A stretch of 39,468 nt of DNA from Chthoniobacteraceae bacterium (GCA_040081625.1 JBEBGD010000045.1:1-39468); one strand, 5' to 3'. Shown: positions 29,201-39,468, counted from the first letter of the stretch. Notes: generated by a model not told the origin, from the letters alone. A program made the numbers and translations.

Positions 29201-29980
29201 TCAGACGCCGAGCTTTTCGTAAAGCTTCGCGAGCCGCCGCGCGTGCTCGTCGTAAGCGCTCTCGAACAACGCCGTCGCCCGCTCACTGCCGACGAGCGCA
29301 GCAGCGGTGAGCACCTGGGGCGGCTGGCCGGCAACGGTGAGACGCGCAGCGACTTCCGCTTTGATCATGTTCACCAGCAGGCAGCCGCCGACCGTCGAGC
29401 CCGGCGCGACCGGAGTGTCGAGTCCGGGCACACGCACCATCGCGTCGCCGACCGGCGCGCCGGTATCGAGTGTGAGATCGGCGAAGTCGGGCAGCTTCTT
29501 CCCGTCGTCCCGCCGGCTTGTGCTCGCCTCGCTGTGAGCGCGGGAGACGATCGCGACGACGCGCACGCCGCGTCGCTGAAACTCCGCCGCGATCTCGATC
29601 GGCACGACGTTGCAGCCGCTTGATGAGATCACGAGCGCGCTGTCCTGCGGCGAGAGATCGAAATTGCGCAGGATGCGCTCGGCGAGGCCGCTCACGTTTT
29701 CGAGGAACATCGCCTGCCGCTGTCCGTTCGCGCCGACGACCAGATTGTGAAACGAGAGCGAGAGCTCGACGATCGGATTGAAGCCGGGGAACGACCCGTA
29801 ACGCGGCCACATCTCCTCGACCATGATCCGCGAGTGCCCGCTGCCGAAGACGTGGACCATCCGCCCCGCGAGGATCGTCTGCGCAAACCAATCCGCCGCC
29901 TGCCCGATCGCGGGAAGCTGCTCCCCGACCGCATCCGCGAGCGCGCGGGCGCGGGTGAGATATTCGAGCGCTGGGCTCAT
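29201..29980 (-). CDS. SIS (sugar isomerase) domain protein
   Basis: VHVFGSGHS, ISSSGCN, GAPVGDA, APGSTV. ATGA overlap with the aminotransferase. Confidence 0.87.
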   Translation of the reverse strand: MSPALEYLTRARALADAVGEQLPAIGQAADWFAQTILAGRMVHVFGSGHSRIMVEEMWPRYGSFPGFNPIVELSLSFHNLVVGANGQRQAMFLENVSGLAERILRNFDLSPQDSALVISSSGCNVVPIEIAAEFQRRGVRVVAIVSRAHSEASTSRRDDGKKLPDFADLTLDTGAPVGDAMVRVPGLDTPVAPGSTVGGCLLVNMIKAEVAARLTVAGQPPQVLTAAALVGSERATALFESAYDEHARRLAKLYEKLGV

Positions 29981-31143
29981 CGCCGCGTCTCGTCGAGAAA
30001 CTCCCCGATGCGCTCCATCGCGACTTTGATCTGCTCGAGGCTGGTCGCGTAGCACGCGCGGATGAAGCCTTCGCCGCTCGGGCCGAACGCGCCGCCGGGG
30101 ACGCAGGCGACTTTCTTTTTCTCGAGCAGGCCGAGGCAGAAATCGCGGCTCGTCAGTCCGCTCGAACGAATGTCCGGAAAGACGTAGAACGCGCCGACCG
30201 GCTTGAAGCACGGGAGGCCGAGTTCGTTGAAGCGCGTGACGATGAAGTTGCGACGCTGCTCGTATTCGCGGCGCATCGCCTCGACGTGCCGCGCGCCGTG
30301 CTCGAGCGCCTCGATCGCCGCGTCCTGCGCCATCACGCTCGCGCAGAGGATCGAGTATTGGTGGATCTTCATCATCGCGTCGGTGATCGCCGCCGGCGCG
30401 CACGCGTAGCCGATGCGCCAACCGGTCATCGCGAAGGCCTTCGAGAACCCGTGGAGGAAAATGCAGCGCTCGCGCATCCCCGGCAGGCTCGCGATGCTGG
30501 TGTGCTCCGCCTTGTCGTAGGTCAGCTCGCAGTAAATCTCGTCAGTCATCACGATCAGGTCGTGATCGATGCACAGTCGCGCGATCTTCTCGAGTTCCGC
30601 GCGCGATTGCGTCGCGCCGGTCGGGTTGCAGGGGAAGTTGAGCATCAGCACCTTCGAGCGCTTGGTGATGCGCGCGGCGAGCGCCTCGGCGGTGAGGCTG
30701 AAGTTTTCCTCCGCGCGTGTCGGGATCGCGATCGGTTTGCCATACGCGAGCAGGACGCTCGGCGAGTAGCTCACGTAGCACGGCTCGTGATAGAGCACTT
30801 CGTCGCCGGGATTGATCAGCGCGCGCAGCGCGAGGTCGATCGCCTCGCTGACGCCGACGGTGATGATGACTTCCGTGCGCGGGTCGTAGGCGACGCGAAA
30901 GTGCTTGTTCACGTAACGACTGATCGCGCTGCGCAGCTCGGGCAGGCCGAGGTTCGACGTGTAGTGCGTGCGGCCGTGCTCGAGCGAGTAGATCGCCGCT
31001 TCGCGGATGTGCCAAGGCGTGTCGAAGTCGGGCTCGCCCACGCCGAGCGAGATCACGTCCTTTTCCTGCGCGACGATGTCGAAGAACTCGCGAATCCCCG
31101 AGCGCGGCAGGTCGCGCACGTGGTCTGCGATCTTGGAGGTCAT
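29977..31143 (-). CDS. PLP-dependent aminotransferase class I/II
   Basis: SLGVGEPDF, NFPCNPTG, DEIY, GFSKAFAMTGWRIG. Confidence 0.95.
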   Translation of the reverse strand: MTSKIADHVRDLPRSGIREFFDIVAQEKDVISLGVGEPDFDTPWHIREAAIYSLEHGRTHYTSNLGLPELRSAISRYVNKHFRVAYDPRTEVIITVGVSEAIDLALRALINPGDEVLYHEPCYVSYSPSVLLAYGKPIAIPTRAEENFSLTAEALAARITKRSKVLMLNFPCNPTGATQSRAELEKIARLCIDHDLIVMTDEIYCELTYDKAEHTSIASLPGMRERCIFLHGFSKAFAMTGWRIGYACAPAAITDAMMKIHQYSILCASVMAQDAAIEALEHGARHVEAMRREYEQRRNFIVTRFNELGLPCFKPVGAFYVFPDIRSSGLTSRDFCLGLLEKKKVACVPGGAFGPSGEGFIRACYATSLEQIKVAMERIGEFLDETRR

Positions 31144-31619
31144 GGTGTGATCGCCAGCCGCTGCGGCTTCTCGTCGCGCGTGAGCGGGACGCCGTTTTCC
31201 TTGTAAGCCTTCAGCCGGAAGTGTGTGCCGGTGCTGAGCACGCCTTTCATCGTCGCGAGCTTTTGCGAAATGAAGCCGGCGATTTGCTGAAGCGTCGCGC
31301 CTTCCACCACGACGAGCAGATCGTAGCCGCCGCTCATGAGGTAGCAGCTCTGCACTTCATCAAAGCGCGCGATGCGCTGCGCGAGCCGGTCGAAGCCGCC
31401 GCCGCGCTCGGGCGTGATTTTTACCTCGACGACCGCCGTGACGAAATTAGCCGCGCGCTTCTCCGCATCGACGATCGCCTGGTAGCCGAGAATCACGCCG
31501 CTGCGTTCGAGATGATCGATGTGCTTCGCCACTTCCGTCGGCGACAACGCGAGTTCGCGCGCGAGGTCTTCGAGCGAGGCGCGCGCGTTGTGGCGGAGCA
31601 GGTTGAGCAGTTGGTCCAT
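31140..31619 (-). CDS. Lrp/AsnC family transcriptional regulator
   Basis: N-terminal HTH, GVILGY, CYLMSGGYDL. Coupled to the aminotransferase, as in Bacillus yugG-yugH. Confidence 0.92.
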   Translation of the reverse strand: MDQLLNLLRHNARASLEDLARELALSPTEVAKHIDHLERSGVILGYQAIVDAEKRAANFVTAVVEVKITPERGGGFDRLAQRIARFDEVQSCYLMSGGYDLLVVVEGATLQQIAGFISQKLATMKGVLSTGTHFRLKAYKENGVPLTRDEKPQRLAITP

Positions 31620-31633
31620 GGCGTGGGGCGCGG

Positions 31634-31661
31634 AGAATACATGGGAAGCCGGGGTGGTCAG
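31634..31661 (-). promoter_or_regulatory. Putative promoter of the Lrp-aminotransferase operon
   Basis: CTGACC-N16-TATTCT, with TG just upstream of the -10. Confidence 0.4.
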
Positions 31662-31673
31662 GCGGAAAAGTGC

Positions 31674-32027
31674 TCACGCGAAATACGTGTCCTCGTGCGC
31701 ATAAGGCGGCGCGCAGCAGCACAGGAAGCGCAGGTCTTCGCCCGCGGCGATCGTGTGCCAGGCGCCGGGTGGGATGAGCACGCAATCGCCGGGGCCGACT
31801 TCGCGCGTCGCGCCGTCGAGTTCCATTGTGCCGCGGCCTTCGAGGATGAAGTAGAACTCCTCGGCGAGCTTGTGGTGGTGCCGCTGCGTGGCCGAGCCCG
31901 CGGGCACGCGCGCCTCGGCGAGGCTCTGCTTTTGCACGGGCGCGTTGGTGCGGTCGAGGATGCTGCGGATGGTCGAGCCGTCCTTTGTCGTGAATGGCCG
32001 CTGGTCGGCGAGATTCTGGATGATCAT
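31674..32027 (-). CDS. Cupin domain protein
   Basis: HHH..AEEFYFILEG, GDCVLIPPGAWH. Confidence 0.9.
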   Translation of the reverse strand: MIIQNLADQRPFTTKDGSTIRSILDRTNAPVQKQSLAEARVPAGSATQRHHHKLAEEFYFILEGRGTMELDGATREVGPGDCVLIPPGAWHTIAAGEDLRFLCCCAPPYAHEDTYFA

Positions 32028-32054
32028 GGTTCGTGGCTCCGATTACTTCACACG

Positions 32055-32858
32055 ATGAATCTTGCCGCCACCACCATCCTGATCACCGGCGCTTCGAGCG
32101 GCCTCGGCGCGGAGTTCGCGCGTCAACTTGCGCCGCGCGCGAAGTGCCTCGTGCTCGCGGCTCGTCGGGTTGACCGGCTCGATGCGCTTGCGGCGGAGAT
32201 CGCGCGCGAAGGGCTCGTGGTTCGCACGCTCGCGGTCGATCTCGGCGACGAATCGGACACGGAGCGCTTTCTTGGCGAACTCGCGGCGCTCGGAATCGAG
32301 GTCGATGTGCTCATCAACAACGCCGGGGTGGGGGATCACGGCCTTTTCGAGGCGAGCGACTGGGCGCGGGTGAAGGCGATGGTCGATGTGAACGTCACCG
32401 CGCTCACGCGGGTGACTCACGCGTTGCTTCCGGGCATGGTCGCACGCGGGTGCGGCGCGATTCTCAACGTCAGCTCTATCGCGAGCCTGCTGCCGCTCCC
32501 GCAGATGGCGGTGTATGCGGCGACGAAGGCCTACGTCACCAGCCTCAGTGAAGCGTTGCGCGCCGAGCTACGCGGCGCCGGCGTGAACGTGACTGCGCTC
32601 TGCCCCGGGCCGGTCGATACGGAGTTTTCCGCTGCCGCCGAGCGTCCGGGATCGACGGGCGCGCAACTGGCGCCGTCGTATTTCAAGGTGTCCGCCGCAC
32701 AGGTCGTCCGCGATGGTCTGCGCGCGGTCGAGGACGATCGCGCGCGCGTCATTCCCGGCTGGTTCGTCTTTCTCACGATGACGCTGACGGCGCTCGTTCC
32801 GTTCTTCGTTGTGCGTTTCGCGCTGAACCGCCGCGGCCGCGGCTACACCGGCCACTGA
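32055..32858 (+). CDS. SDR family oxidoreductase
   Basis: ITGASSGLG, NNAG, YAATK, LCPGPV. Confidence 0.93.
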   Translation: MNLAATTILITGASSGLGAEFARQLAPRAKCLVLAARRVDRLDALAAEIAREGLVVRTLAVDLGDESDTERFLGELAALGIEVDVLINNAGVGDHGLFEASDWARVKAMVDVNVTALTRVTHALLPGMVARGCGAILNVSSIASLLPLPQMAVYAATKAYVTSLSEALRAELRGAGVNVTALCPGPVDTEFSAAAERPGSTGAQLAPSYFKVSAAQVVRDGLRAVEDDRARVIPGWFVFLTMTLTALVPFFVVRFALNRRGRGYTGH

Positions 32859-32862
32859 CCCG

Positions 32863-33216
32863 CTACGACCGGCGGAGAGCCAGCGCCAGCCAGCCGCCGA
32901 GCAGCGCGAGTCCGCCGATGGGAGTGATCGCGCCAAGCCAGCGCGCGTTCGTGAGTGCGAGCGTGTAGAGTGTGCCGCTGAAGATCACGATCCCGCTAGC
33001 GAAGAGCCAGCACGCGACGCGCGGAACCGTCGCGCTGCGCGAGATCGCCACGAGCACTGCGGCGTGGACGAGATGGTAAAGCACGGCCGTCTCCCAGTTC
33101 GCGACGCGCCCGGTTTTCTCCAGCAGATCCTTCAGCCCGTGCGCGCCGAACGCGCCGAGTGCGACGCCGAGAAAGCCAAAGACAGCGGCGAGGCGGAGGG
33201 CGGTCGTGGGATTCAT
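32863..33216 (-). CDS. DUF423 (YgdD/TMEM256) membrane protein
   Basis: LGAFGAHGL, TAVLYHLVH, FSGTLY, GAITPIGG. Confidence 0.92.
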   Translation of the reverse strand: MNPTTALRLAAVFGFLGVALGAFGAHGLKDLLEKTGRVANWETAVLYHLVHAAVLVAISRSATVPRVACWLFASGIVIFSGTLYTLALTNARWLGAITPIGGLALLGGWLALALRRS

Positions 33217-33268
33217 CGGCGCCGAAAAGAGTCGTCTCCCGCGAAACGTCCATCATAAATCGCGCGAC

Positions 33269-33745
<477 letters not shown>

Positions 33746-33749
33746 CCGC

Positions 33750-35939
33750 TCAGTTTGCCGGCCACTCCGTCGGCATCCACGGCGGGAGCGACGCGATCTC
33801 GGCGCGCGCGCCGTCGGTCACCGGCACGCCCCAGCCGTCGAAGAACGGGCCGAGATTCCGGCCGACGGTTTTGCTGAAGCGCACCATCCACTGGTCGCGC
33901 TTGGCTTGATCGGTCTTCGGACGCGCGGCGGCGGGCAGGTCGCGGTATTCGGCGAAGACTTTTTGATAGGCCTCCCAGCCAAAAGCGGCGCGGAGCTGTG
34001 CATACATCGTGAGCGCAAGGAAGGGGTCGCCTTTCCATCGCGCAAACTTCGCCGCGCTCTCTCCACGCAAATGCTGCTCCATGCGGCGGAGAACCTTGCC
34101 CGGCTCCATCGCGTCGTGCCCGGTTCCGGGAGGTTTGCCGCAGAGCTTCTCCACCACGTAGAGGGCGAAAATATTGCACGTCACTTCGCCGGTGCCCTCG
34201 AAGGTCCAGTCGGCCGATTGCTGGTTGTGGCCGAGTTCGTGGAAGTGCCCCCACGAACCCGCGCGCATTTTCTCCACATCGACGGAGGCTGGAATGACAT
34301 CCATCCACGTCATGATGGGATATCCGCTATGCATGTAGCCGGCGCTGATTTGCACGTCGGGCACGATGCGTTCGGGGCGGTTGCGCTTCGCGAGAGTGCC
34401 GGCGAGTTCGTCCTCGGCCGCGACGATGCTGTCCCAGAATCTCGCGAGCGGCTCGGGGTCTTCGAGTGCGCGGATCGCGGACGACGGCACGCTGAGGATT
34501 ACGCGTCCGCACTCGATCTCCGCCCACGGGCCGGGCTTCGCGCGCTGCTGGAGCCAGTCGAGCCGCGTGGTCTTGCCGAGCGCGTAGTGCGGCGCGGCGA
34601 CGGCGCCTTCGATCGCGACCGGCAACGTGAAGCCGCGTCCCTTTTCCGGAACCTCGATATAGACCGACCCGCCGAACGAATTTGCCGCGGCGGTCTGCGC
34701 GGCATCGAGCGGCGTGCTCACGGTGATGTCCGGCACGCGCCGCCACTCGGCGAGGTGCCAGAGCTTGTCGTTGTGGCAGCCGATGCGAACGCGGAAGCCC
34801 TGGCGCGCGGCGTCCGCGGGAATCTTGATGCGCAGCAGCGCGCCGGGCGCGGCGTAGAGGCCGGTCGAGTGCCAGCCGGGGACCGATGTGTCGAGGTTCA
34901 GGTTTCGGGTTTCGGGTTTCGCGTTGCGGGGGACTTCGCCGGGGAAGGAGGCGGCGGCGGGATGCGGCTTTAGCGCTTCGGGCTTCGCGCGCTTTAGCTG
35001 CTCGCCGGCGTAGGCGAGGAGGAGGCGCGCGAGCGGCTGGTCGGATTTGAGCGGCTGCTTTTCGGTCGGCAGCACGAAGGCGCCGGGGCGCTTGGCGAGT
35101 GCGGCGATGCGGGTGGTGAAAGTCGGGTCGTCGCCGGGTAGCGATTGCAACGCGGTGCTGATCGTGTCGCCGGCCTGCGCGAGGGCTGCGGCTTCGAGCG
35201 GCGTGCGCTTTTCCTCGTGTGCCACGAGTGCATCGAGGGCGCGCGTGGTATTGAGAAGCTCGAGGCTTTCTCCGCCGGCGATGTAGCCGCGCTGGCCGGT
35301 GCGGTCGGGAGTGCGGGAGTTGAAGACGAGGCCCGCGGGGCGGAGCAGCGCGTTGCCGGGGAAGTCGTCGGCGAGGGTCTTGCCGGGATGCGTCTGCGCC
35401 CAGCCCCAGCCGGTCGCCGCGGTCACGAGCCCGCCGCCTTCGCGCACGAACGTCGCGACCGCCTGAACGTCGCGGACCATGTCGAGCGAGTGGGCATCCA
35501 CGCACAGCGCCGCGAGGCCGCGGAGCTTGAGCGGCCAGTCGATGCCCTCGAGTCGCTCGACCTTGAAACCTTGCGCTTCGAGATGCTCGGCGAGTGCGTT
35601 GTTCACGCGAACGCCGACCTTCGCTTTCGCCCCGCCCGCGGCCCAGGTGACGGCGTTGGTGAGCAGGCGCGCCGCGTCGGGATCGCTCGTGAGGCCGAGG
35701 TAACCGTTGTGCCCGAAGGCGACGACGCGGCCCATATCCCAGCGCGTGGCGGCGACGACTGGCGAGAGCGTCTTGCCTTCCTTGCCGGCGATCACCGCAA
35801 ATGCCTCCGGGCCGACGGCGCACACGCCGCCGGGCGCGCCGGTCGTGGGCAATTCGTTCACCCCATCGAGCAAGGTCGCGCGATCGTCGGCGTGGACGAA
35901 GGCGGTGAGGATGAGCGGGGCGAGGCGGCGGAGGAACAT
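33750..35939 (-). CDS. Secreted M60-family metallopeptidase (TCAF/FAM115-like architecture)
   Basis: Signal peptide, STGLYA, GGSVYI, PWAEI, ISAGYMHSGYP, WGHFHELGH, EVTCN. Start taken at ATG 35939. Confidence 0.88.
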   Translation of the reverse strand: MFLRRLAPLILTAFVHADDRATLLDGVNELPTTGAPGGVCAVGPEAFAVIAGKEGKTLSPVVAATRWDMGRVVAFGHNGYLGLTSDPDAARLLTNAVTWAAGGAKAKVGVRVNNALAEHLEAQGFKVERLEGIDWPLKLRGLAALCVDAHSLDMVRDVQAVATFVREGGGLVTAATGWGWAQTHPGKTLADDFPGNALLRPAGLVFNSRTPDRTGQRGYIAGGESLELLNTTRALDALVAHEEKRTPLEAAALAQAGDTISTALQSLPGDDPTFTTRIAALAKRPGAFVLPTEKQPLKSDQPLARLLLAYAGEQLKRAKPEALKPHPAAASFPGEVPRNAKPETRNLNLDTSVPGWHSTGLYAAPGALLRIKIPADAARQGFRVRIGCHNDKLWHLAEWRRVPDITVSTPLDAAQTAAANSFGGSVYIEVPEKGRGFTLPVAIEGAVAAPHYALGKTTRLDWLQQRAKPGPWAEIECGRVILSVPSSAIRALEDPEPLARFWDSIVAAEDELAGTLAKRNRPERIVPDVQISAGYMHSGYPIMTWMDVIPASVDVEKMRAGSWGHFHELGHNQQSADWTFEGTGEVTCNIFALYVVEKLCGKPPGTGHDAMEPGKVLRRMEQHLRGESAAKFARWKGDPFLALTMYAQLRAAFGWEAYQKVFAEYRDLPAAARPKTDQAKRDQWMVRFSKTVGRNLGPFFDGWGVPVTDGARAEIASLPPWMPTEWPAN
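34901..34921. repeat. Heptamer tandem repeat (GGTTTCG)x3 inside a CDS
   Basis: Three exact copies, 21 nt in total. Confidence 0.7.
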
Positions 35940-35983
35940 GCGCGCGGACGCTGCCGCAATCCGCGCGAAGCTCCAGCGGCGAA

Positions 35984-36409
35984 TTACTGCGGGGCGTCCG
36001 GTGGTGGCGGCTTCGGGGAGGGCGAAGCAGCGGGCCGCCACCTCACATGCACGCGGCCGATGATCTTCTCGAATCTCTCGCGCTGCTGGCTGTCGAGGAT
36101 CACGCGGATTTGATCCGCAGCGTCGCGCAGCGTGGCATCGACCTCGGGCTGGTTCTTCGACTGGATGGTGCGCAGCTTGATCTGCGTGCCGGTGGCGATC
36201 TGCGCGAGCATCCGCTGCTGGTCTTCGTCGAGCTTCAGCTCGTCCTTGAGCCGCCTGGCGACCTTGCTGACCATGGCGTCCGGGCCTTGCACGATGATCT
36301 GGCCGACTTCGTTCCACAGGCGCGCGCCGGACATCGCGCCGCCGACGACGACACCGAAGACGAAGACGAGGAAAACGCCGAGAACGCCGCGAAGCCGTTT
36401 CCAGTTCAC
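35984..36409 (-). CDS. Membrane-anchored helical periplasmic protein (Spy/CpxP-like, ECF-associated)
   Basis: GTG start overlapping the upstream stop; TM segment, LKDELKLDEDQ, ILDSQQRERFE. Confidence 0.7.
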   Translation of the reverse strand: MNWKRLRGVLGVFLVFVFGVVVGGAMSGARLWNEVGQIIVQGPDAMVSKVARRLKDELKLDEDQQRMLAQIATGTQIKLRTIQSKNQPEVDATLRDAADQIRVILDSQQRERFEKIIGRVHVRWRPAASPSPKPPPPDAPQ

Positions 36410-36714
36410 GGCGCGCCGGTGAGGTAGCTGACGAGCGTCACTTCCGCGCTGCCTTCCGACGCCTCGGCCACGAGGATCGCGAGCGAGTCTGCGGTGGCCG
36501 TCGTGGAGTGGCTCCAGAAGCCGGCGACGATCGCGAGCACGGCGAAGAACGGTGCGAGTTTCCACGCCCACGCGAAGACGCTCGCGTTCCGCTCCTCGCG
36601 CAGGCGGGCGAGCAGGCGCGTCTCGAACGCGAACTCGAAACGCGAGGTGTCCGGCGCATCGGCGCGCGCGGCGCTCAGCAGGCGGTCGAGGTTGGAATCA
36701 GGATTCGTGGGCAT
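36406..36714 (-). CDS. Putative anti-sigma factor
   Basis: LDRLL, FAFETRLLARLR and one TM segment. Directly downstream of an ECF sigma. Confidence 0.7.
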   Translation of the reverse strand: MPTNPDSNLDRLLSAARADAPDTSRFEFAFETRLLARLREERNASVFAWAWKLAPFFAVLAIVAGFWSHSTTATADSLAILVAEASEGSAEVTLVSYLTGAP

Positions 36715-37261
36715 GGTCTTCGAGGATTCTTTTCAGCGCGTTGCGTGCGCGGAAAGCGCGGACTTTCACATTCGCCTCGCTCCAGCCGGTGAGCCCGGCG
36801 ACTTCGCGAACGCTGCGCTCTTCGATTTCGCACAGGGTGAGGATGAGCTGCTCGTCGGGGCGCAGTTGTTTCATCGCCCAGCCGACGACTTCGCGCGCGC
36901 GACCGGCGGAGATGGCGCGCTCGACTGAGCTGTCGCTCATGTCGAAATCGACGGCGTCGAGCGGCGCGGTCTCGCGATGCTTTCGCTCGCGGCGCAGGAA
37001 ATCGTAGCAGGCCGAGACGGTGATGCGCGCGAGCCAGTGCTCGAAGGGCGCATCGCGGCGGAAGTTTTGCAGGTTCTTGAATGCGCGGATGAAGACCTCC
37101 TGGGCGATGTCGTCGATCTGATGATCGTTGCGCGCGAAGCGGGCGGCCGCGCCGAAGACGCGCCGTTTGTGCCGGCGGATCAGTTCCGCGTAGGCGTCGT
37201 CATCGCCGCCGAGCGTGGCATCGACGAGGGCTTCATCGCTGGGCGGCGCAGCGTCGAACAT
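36698..37261 (-). CDS. ECF RNA polymerase sigma factor
   Basis: DDIAQEVFIRAF, FEHWLARI, EVAGLTGWSEANVKVRAFRAR. Confidence 0.93.
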   Translation of the reverse strand: MFDAAPPSDEALVDATLGGDDDAYAELIRRHKRRVFGAAARFARNDHQIDDIAQEVFIRAFKNLQNFRRDAPFEHWLARITVSACYDFLRRERKHRETAPLDAVDFDMSDSSVERAISAGRAREVVGWAMKQLRPDEQLILTLCEIEERSVREVAGLTGWSEANVKVRAFRARNALKRILEDHAHES

Positions 37262-37358
37262 CGCCAGGCATCTATCGGCCCGAAGCGGTAGGAGCAAGGC
37301 GGCGGTCATCGCGAGGTGGGATCATTCTGGCAGGGAGACGCATGGGCGGGAGGAAAAG

Positions 37359-38051
<693 letters not shown>

Positions 38052-38054
38052 CGG

Positions 38055-38104
38055 ATAGGTCCTATGGGTCACATGGGTCTCATGGGACTCATGGGACTCA
38101 TGGG
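38055..38104. repeat. Nonamer tandem repeat (ATGGGWCHC-like), about 5.5 copies
   Basis: ATAGGTCCT ATGGGTCAC ATGGGTCTC ATGGGACTC ATGGGACTC ATGGG. Confidence 0.85.
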
Positions 38105-39468
38105 CAGACGTAGAGTGAACGCGCTCCCGCCGCCTTCGCGCGGGCGGTATTCGATCTCGCCATCGTGCTCTTGCGCGAGGCGCTGCGCGAGCGTGAGGCC
38201 GAGGCCGCTGCCCTGGATGCCGCTGCTCAGCGAGTCGTGCGCGCGGTAGAAGGCGGCGAAGATTTTGCGCTCGCTGCCGGCGGGGACGCCGGGGCCGCGG
38301 TCGAGCACGCTCACGCAGACGTGCGTGTCGTCGAGGTAGCTGTGCAGTTCGATCTCCTTGCTCGCGCCGCTGTATTTCTCGGCGTTGGAGAGCAGGTTCA
38401 CGAGGATTTGCGCGAGCGCGTCGTCGTCGCCGGTCACGCGATAGGGTGGGGGAGCGGCTTCCCACTTGGTCGCGAAGCCGCTCTCGCGCAGGTGCAGCTC
38501 CTGGCCTTCCCACACGCGGGCGATGAGCGCGTGCAGGTCGAGCGACTTTTTGTCGAAGCGCTTCTGCCGGCGCTCGAGCCGGGCGAAGTCGAGGACGTTG
38601 TTGATGAGGCGCGTGAGCCGCTCGGCTTCGACCATGATGATGCGAAGATACTGCGGCGTCTTCGCTCCCTCGGCACGACCGCCGAGCATCAGCTCGGCGA
38701 ACATTCGGATGCTCGTGAGCGGCGTCTTCAGTTCGTGCGAGACGTTCGAGACGAAGTCGGTCTTCTGTTGCGCGAGCGCGAGCTGGCGGCGGGCGTCGGC
38801 GACGACGAGCCAGCCGCCGAGCGCGATGGCGCCGAGCATCGCGACGATGAGGAAGACGAGGGTGCGGCGCAGGCTGAGGGCGCTCTCGCTGAGCTGCTCG
38901 GGGCGCATGAGGTAGAGCGCGGCTTCCCAATGCGGGAGGGCTTCGCCGATCTCGCTCGCGACGAAGGGGCGCTTCCACTCGCGGCCGTTTTCCGCTGGCG
39001 GCGAGGTCGCGACGGGGCGTGCGCGGTCGTCGAGAAGTGCGATCACGAACTCCGCGGCATAGCCTCCGTCGCGAGCCGCCATGATCGGTGGCCAGAGGTC
39101 CGCGAGGTCGGCTGCGTCGATCACGCAGCCGAAGATTACGCCGGATGACTGCGCGGGCCGCATCCAGAGGATGAGCGCGAGTTTGTCCTGCACGAAGCGG
39201 GTGAGGATGCCTTCGCTCTGGCCGGTGGTGAGCGCGTTCCATGTGGCGGTGGCTGGCGCGAGATTCGAGACGAGGCCGCGCTCCTGCTGCTCGAAGACTT
39301 GCTGCGGCTGGACCATGCGAAACTCAACCGAACCGGCGCGGTCGCCGGGCGGCGCATCGAGCTCGGCGAGGAGCTTCCCGGCCTTCTTCGCTCCCGGCTG
39401 CGGCTCCGCGGGTGCCGGAGTCGCAGCCACCGCAGCGTCGGGCGGCGGAGCGGCCGCGCGTCCGGCGG
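38069..39468 (-). CDS. Sensor histidine kinase (5' end outside the window)
   Basis: H-box VSHELKTPL, N-box NLLSNAEKY, DRGPG, GSGLGL. The frame is open to the window edge. Confidence 0.93.
   Translation of the reverse strand, partial: AGRAAAPPPDAAVAATPAPAEPQPGAKKAGKLLAELDAPPGDRAGSVEFRMVQPQQVFEQQERGLVSNLAPATATWNALTTGQSEGILTRFVQDKLALILWMRPAQSSGVIFGCVIDAADLADLWPPIMAARDGGYAAEFVIALLDDRARPVATSPPAENGREWKRPFVASEIGEALPHWEAALYLMRPEQLSESALSLRRTLVFLIVAMLGAIALGGWLVVADARRQLALAQQKTDFVSNVSHELKTPLTSIRMFAELMLGGRAEGAKTPQYLRIIMVEAERLTRLINNVLDFARLERRQKRFDKKSLDLHALIARVWEGQELHLRESGFATKWEAAPPPYRVTGDDDALAQILVNLLSNAEKYSGASKEIELHSYLDDTHVCVSVLDRGPGVPAGSERKIFAAFYRAHDSLSSGIQGSGLGLTLAQRLAQEHDGEIEYRPREGGGSAFTLRLPMSPMSPMRPM

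Overview
GC-rich bacterial chromosome segment. Gene content and protein style (A|FTLVE prepilin, Verrucomicrobia-type outer-membrane protein, CxxC-led Ser/Thr kinase N-terminus) suggest Verrucomicrobiota, possibly Chthoniobacter-like; this is an inference. Most of the window is housekeeping: ftsK-rodZ-eno-ftsB-prfB (with the +1 frameshift), DUF1844-kdsA-lptC-lptA-lptB-hpf, glgB, a CAU-anticodon tRNA, Lrp plus aminotransferase, and a two-component/ECF cluster followed by an M60 peptidase. The standout is a compositionally atypical 691-aa gene (23757-25832) that fuses an N-terminal TIR domain with its catalytic-position Glu to a 6-phosphofructokinase-family domain whose MGR motif is changed to FGS. 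It is a candidate single-gene defence or nucleotide-signalling enzyme. The window also has several short palindromic or tandem repeats inside coding sequences, including a GTAG-type REP-like element read in frame in a metallo-beta-lactamase-fold gene. A recurring promoter-like motif with a 16-nt spacer lies just upstream of several genes. All family calls come from recognising motifs by eye; no searches were run.
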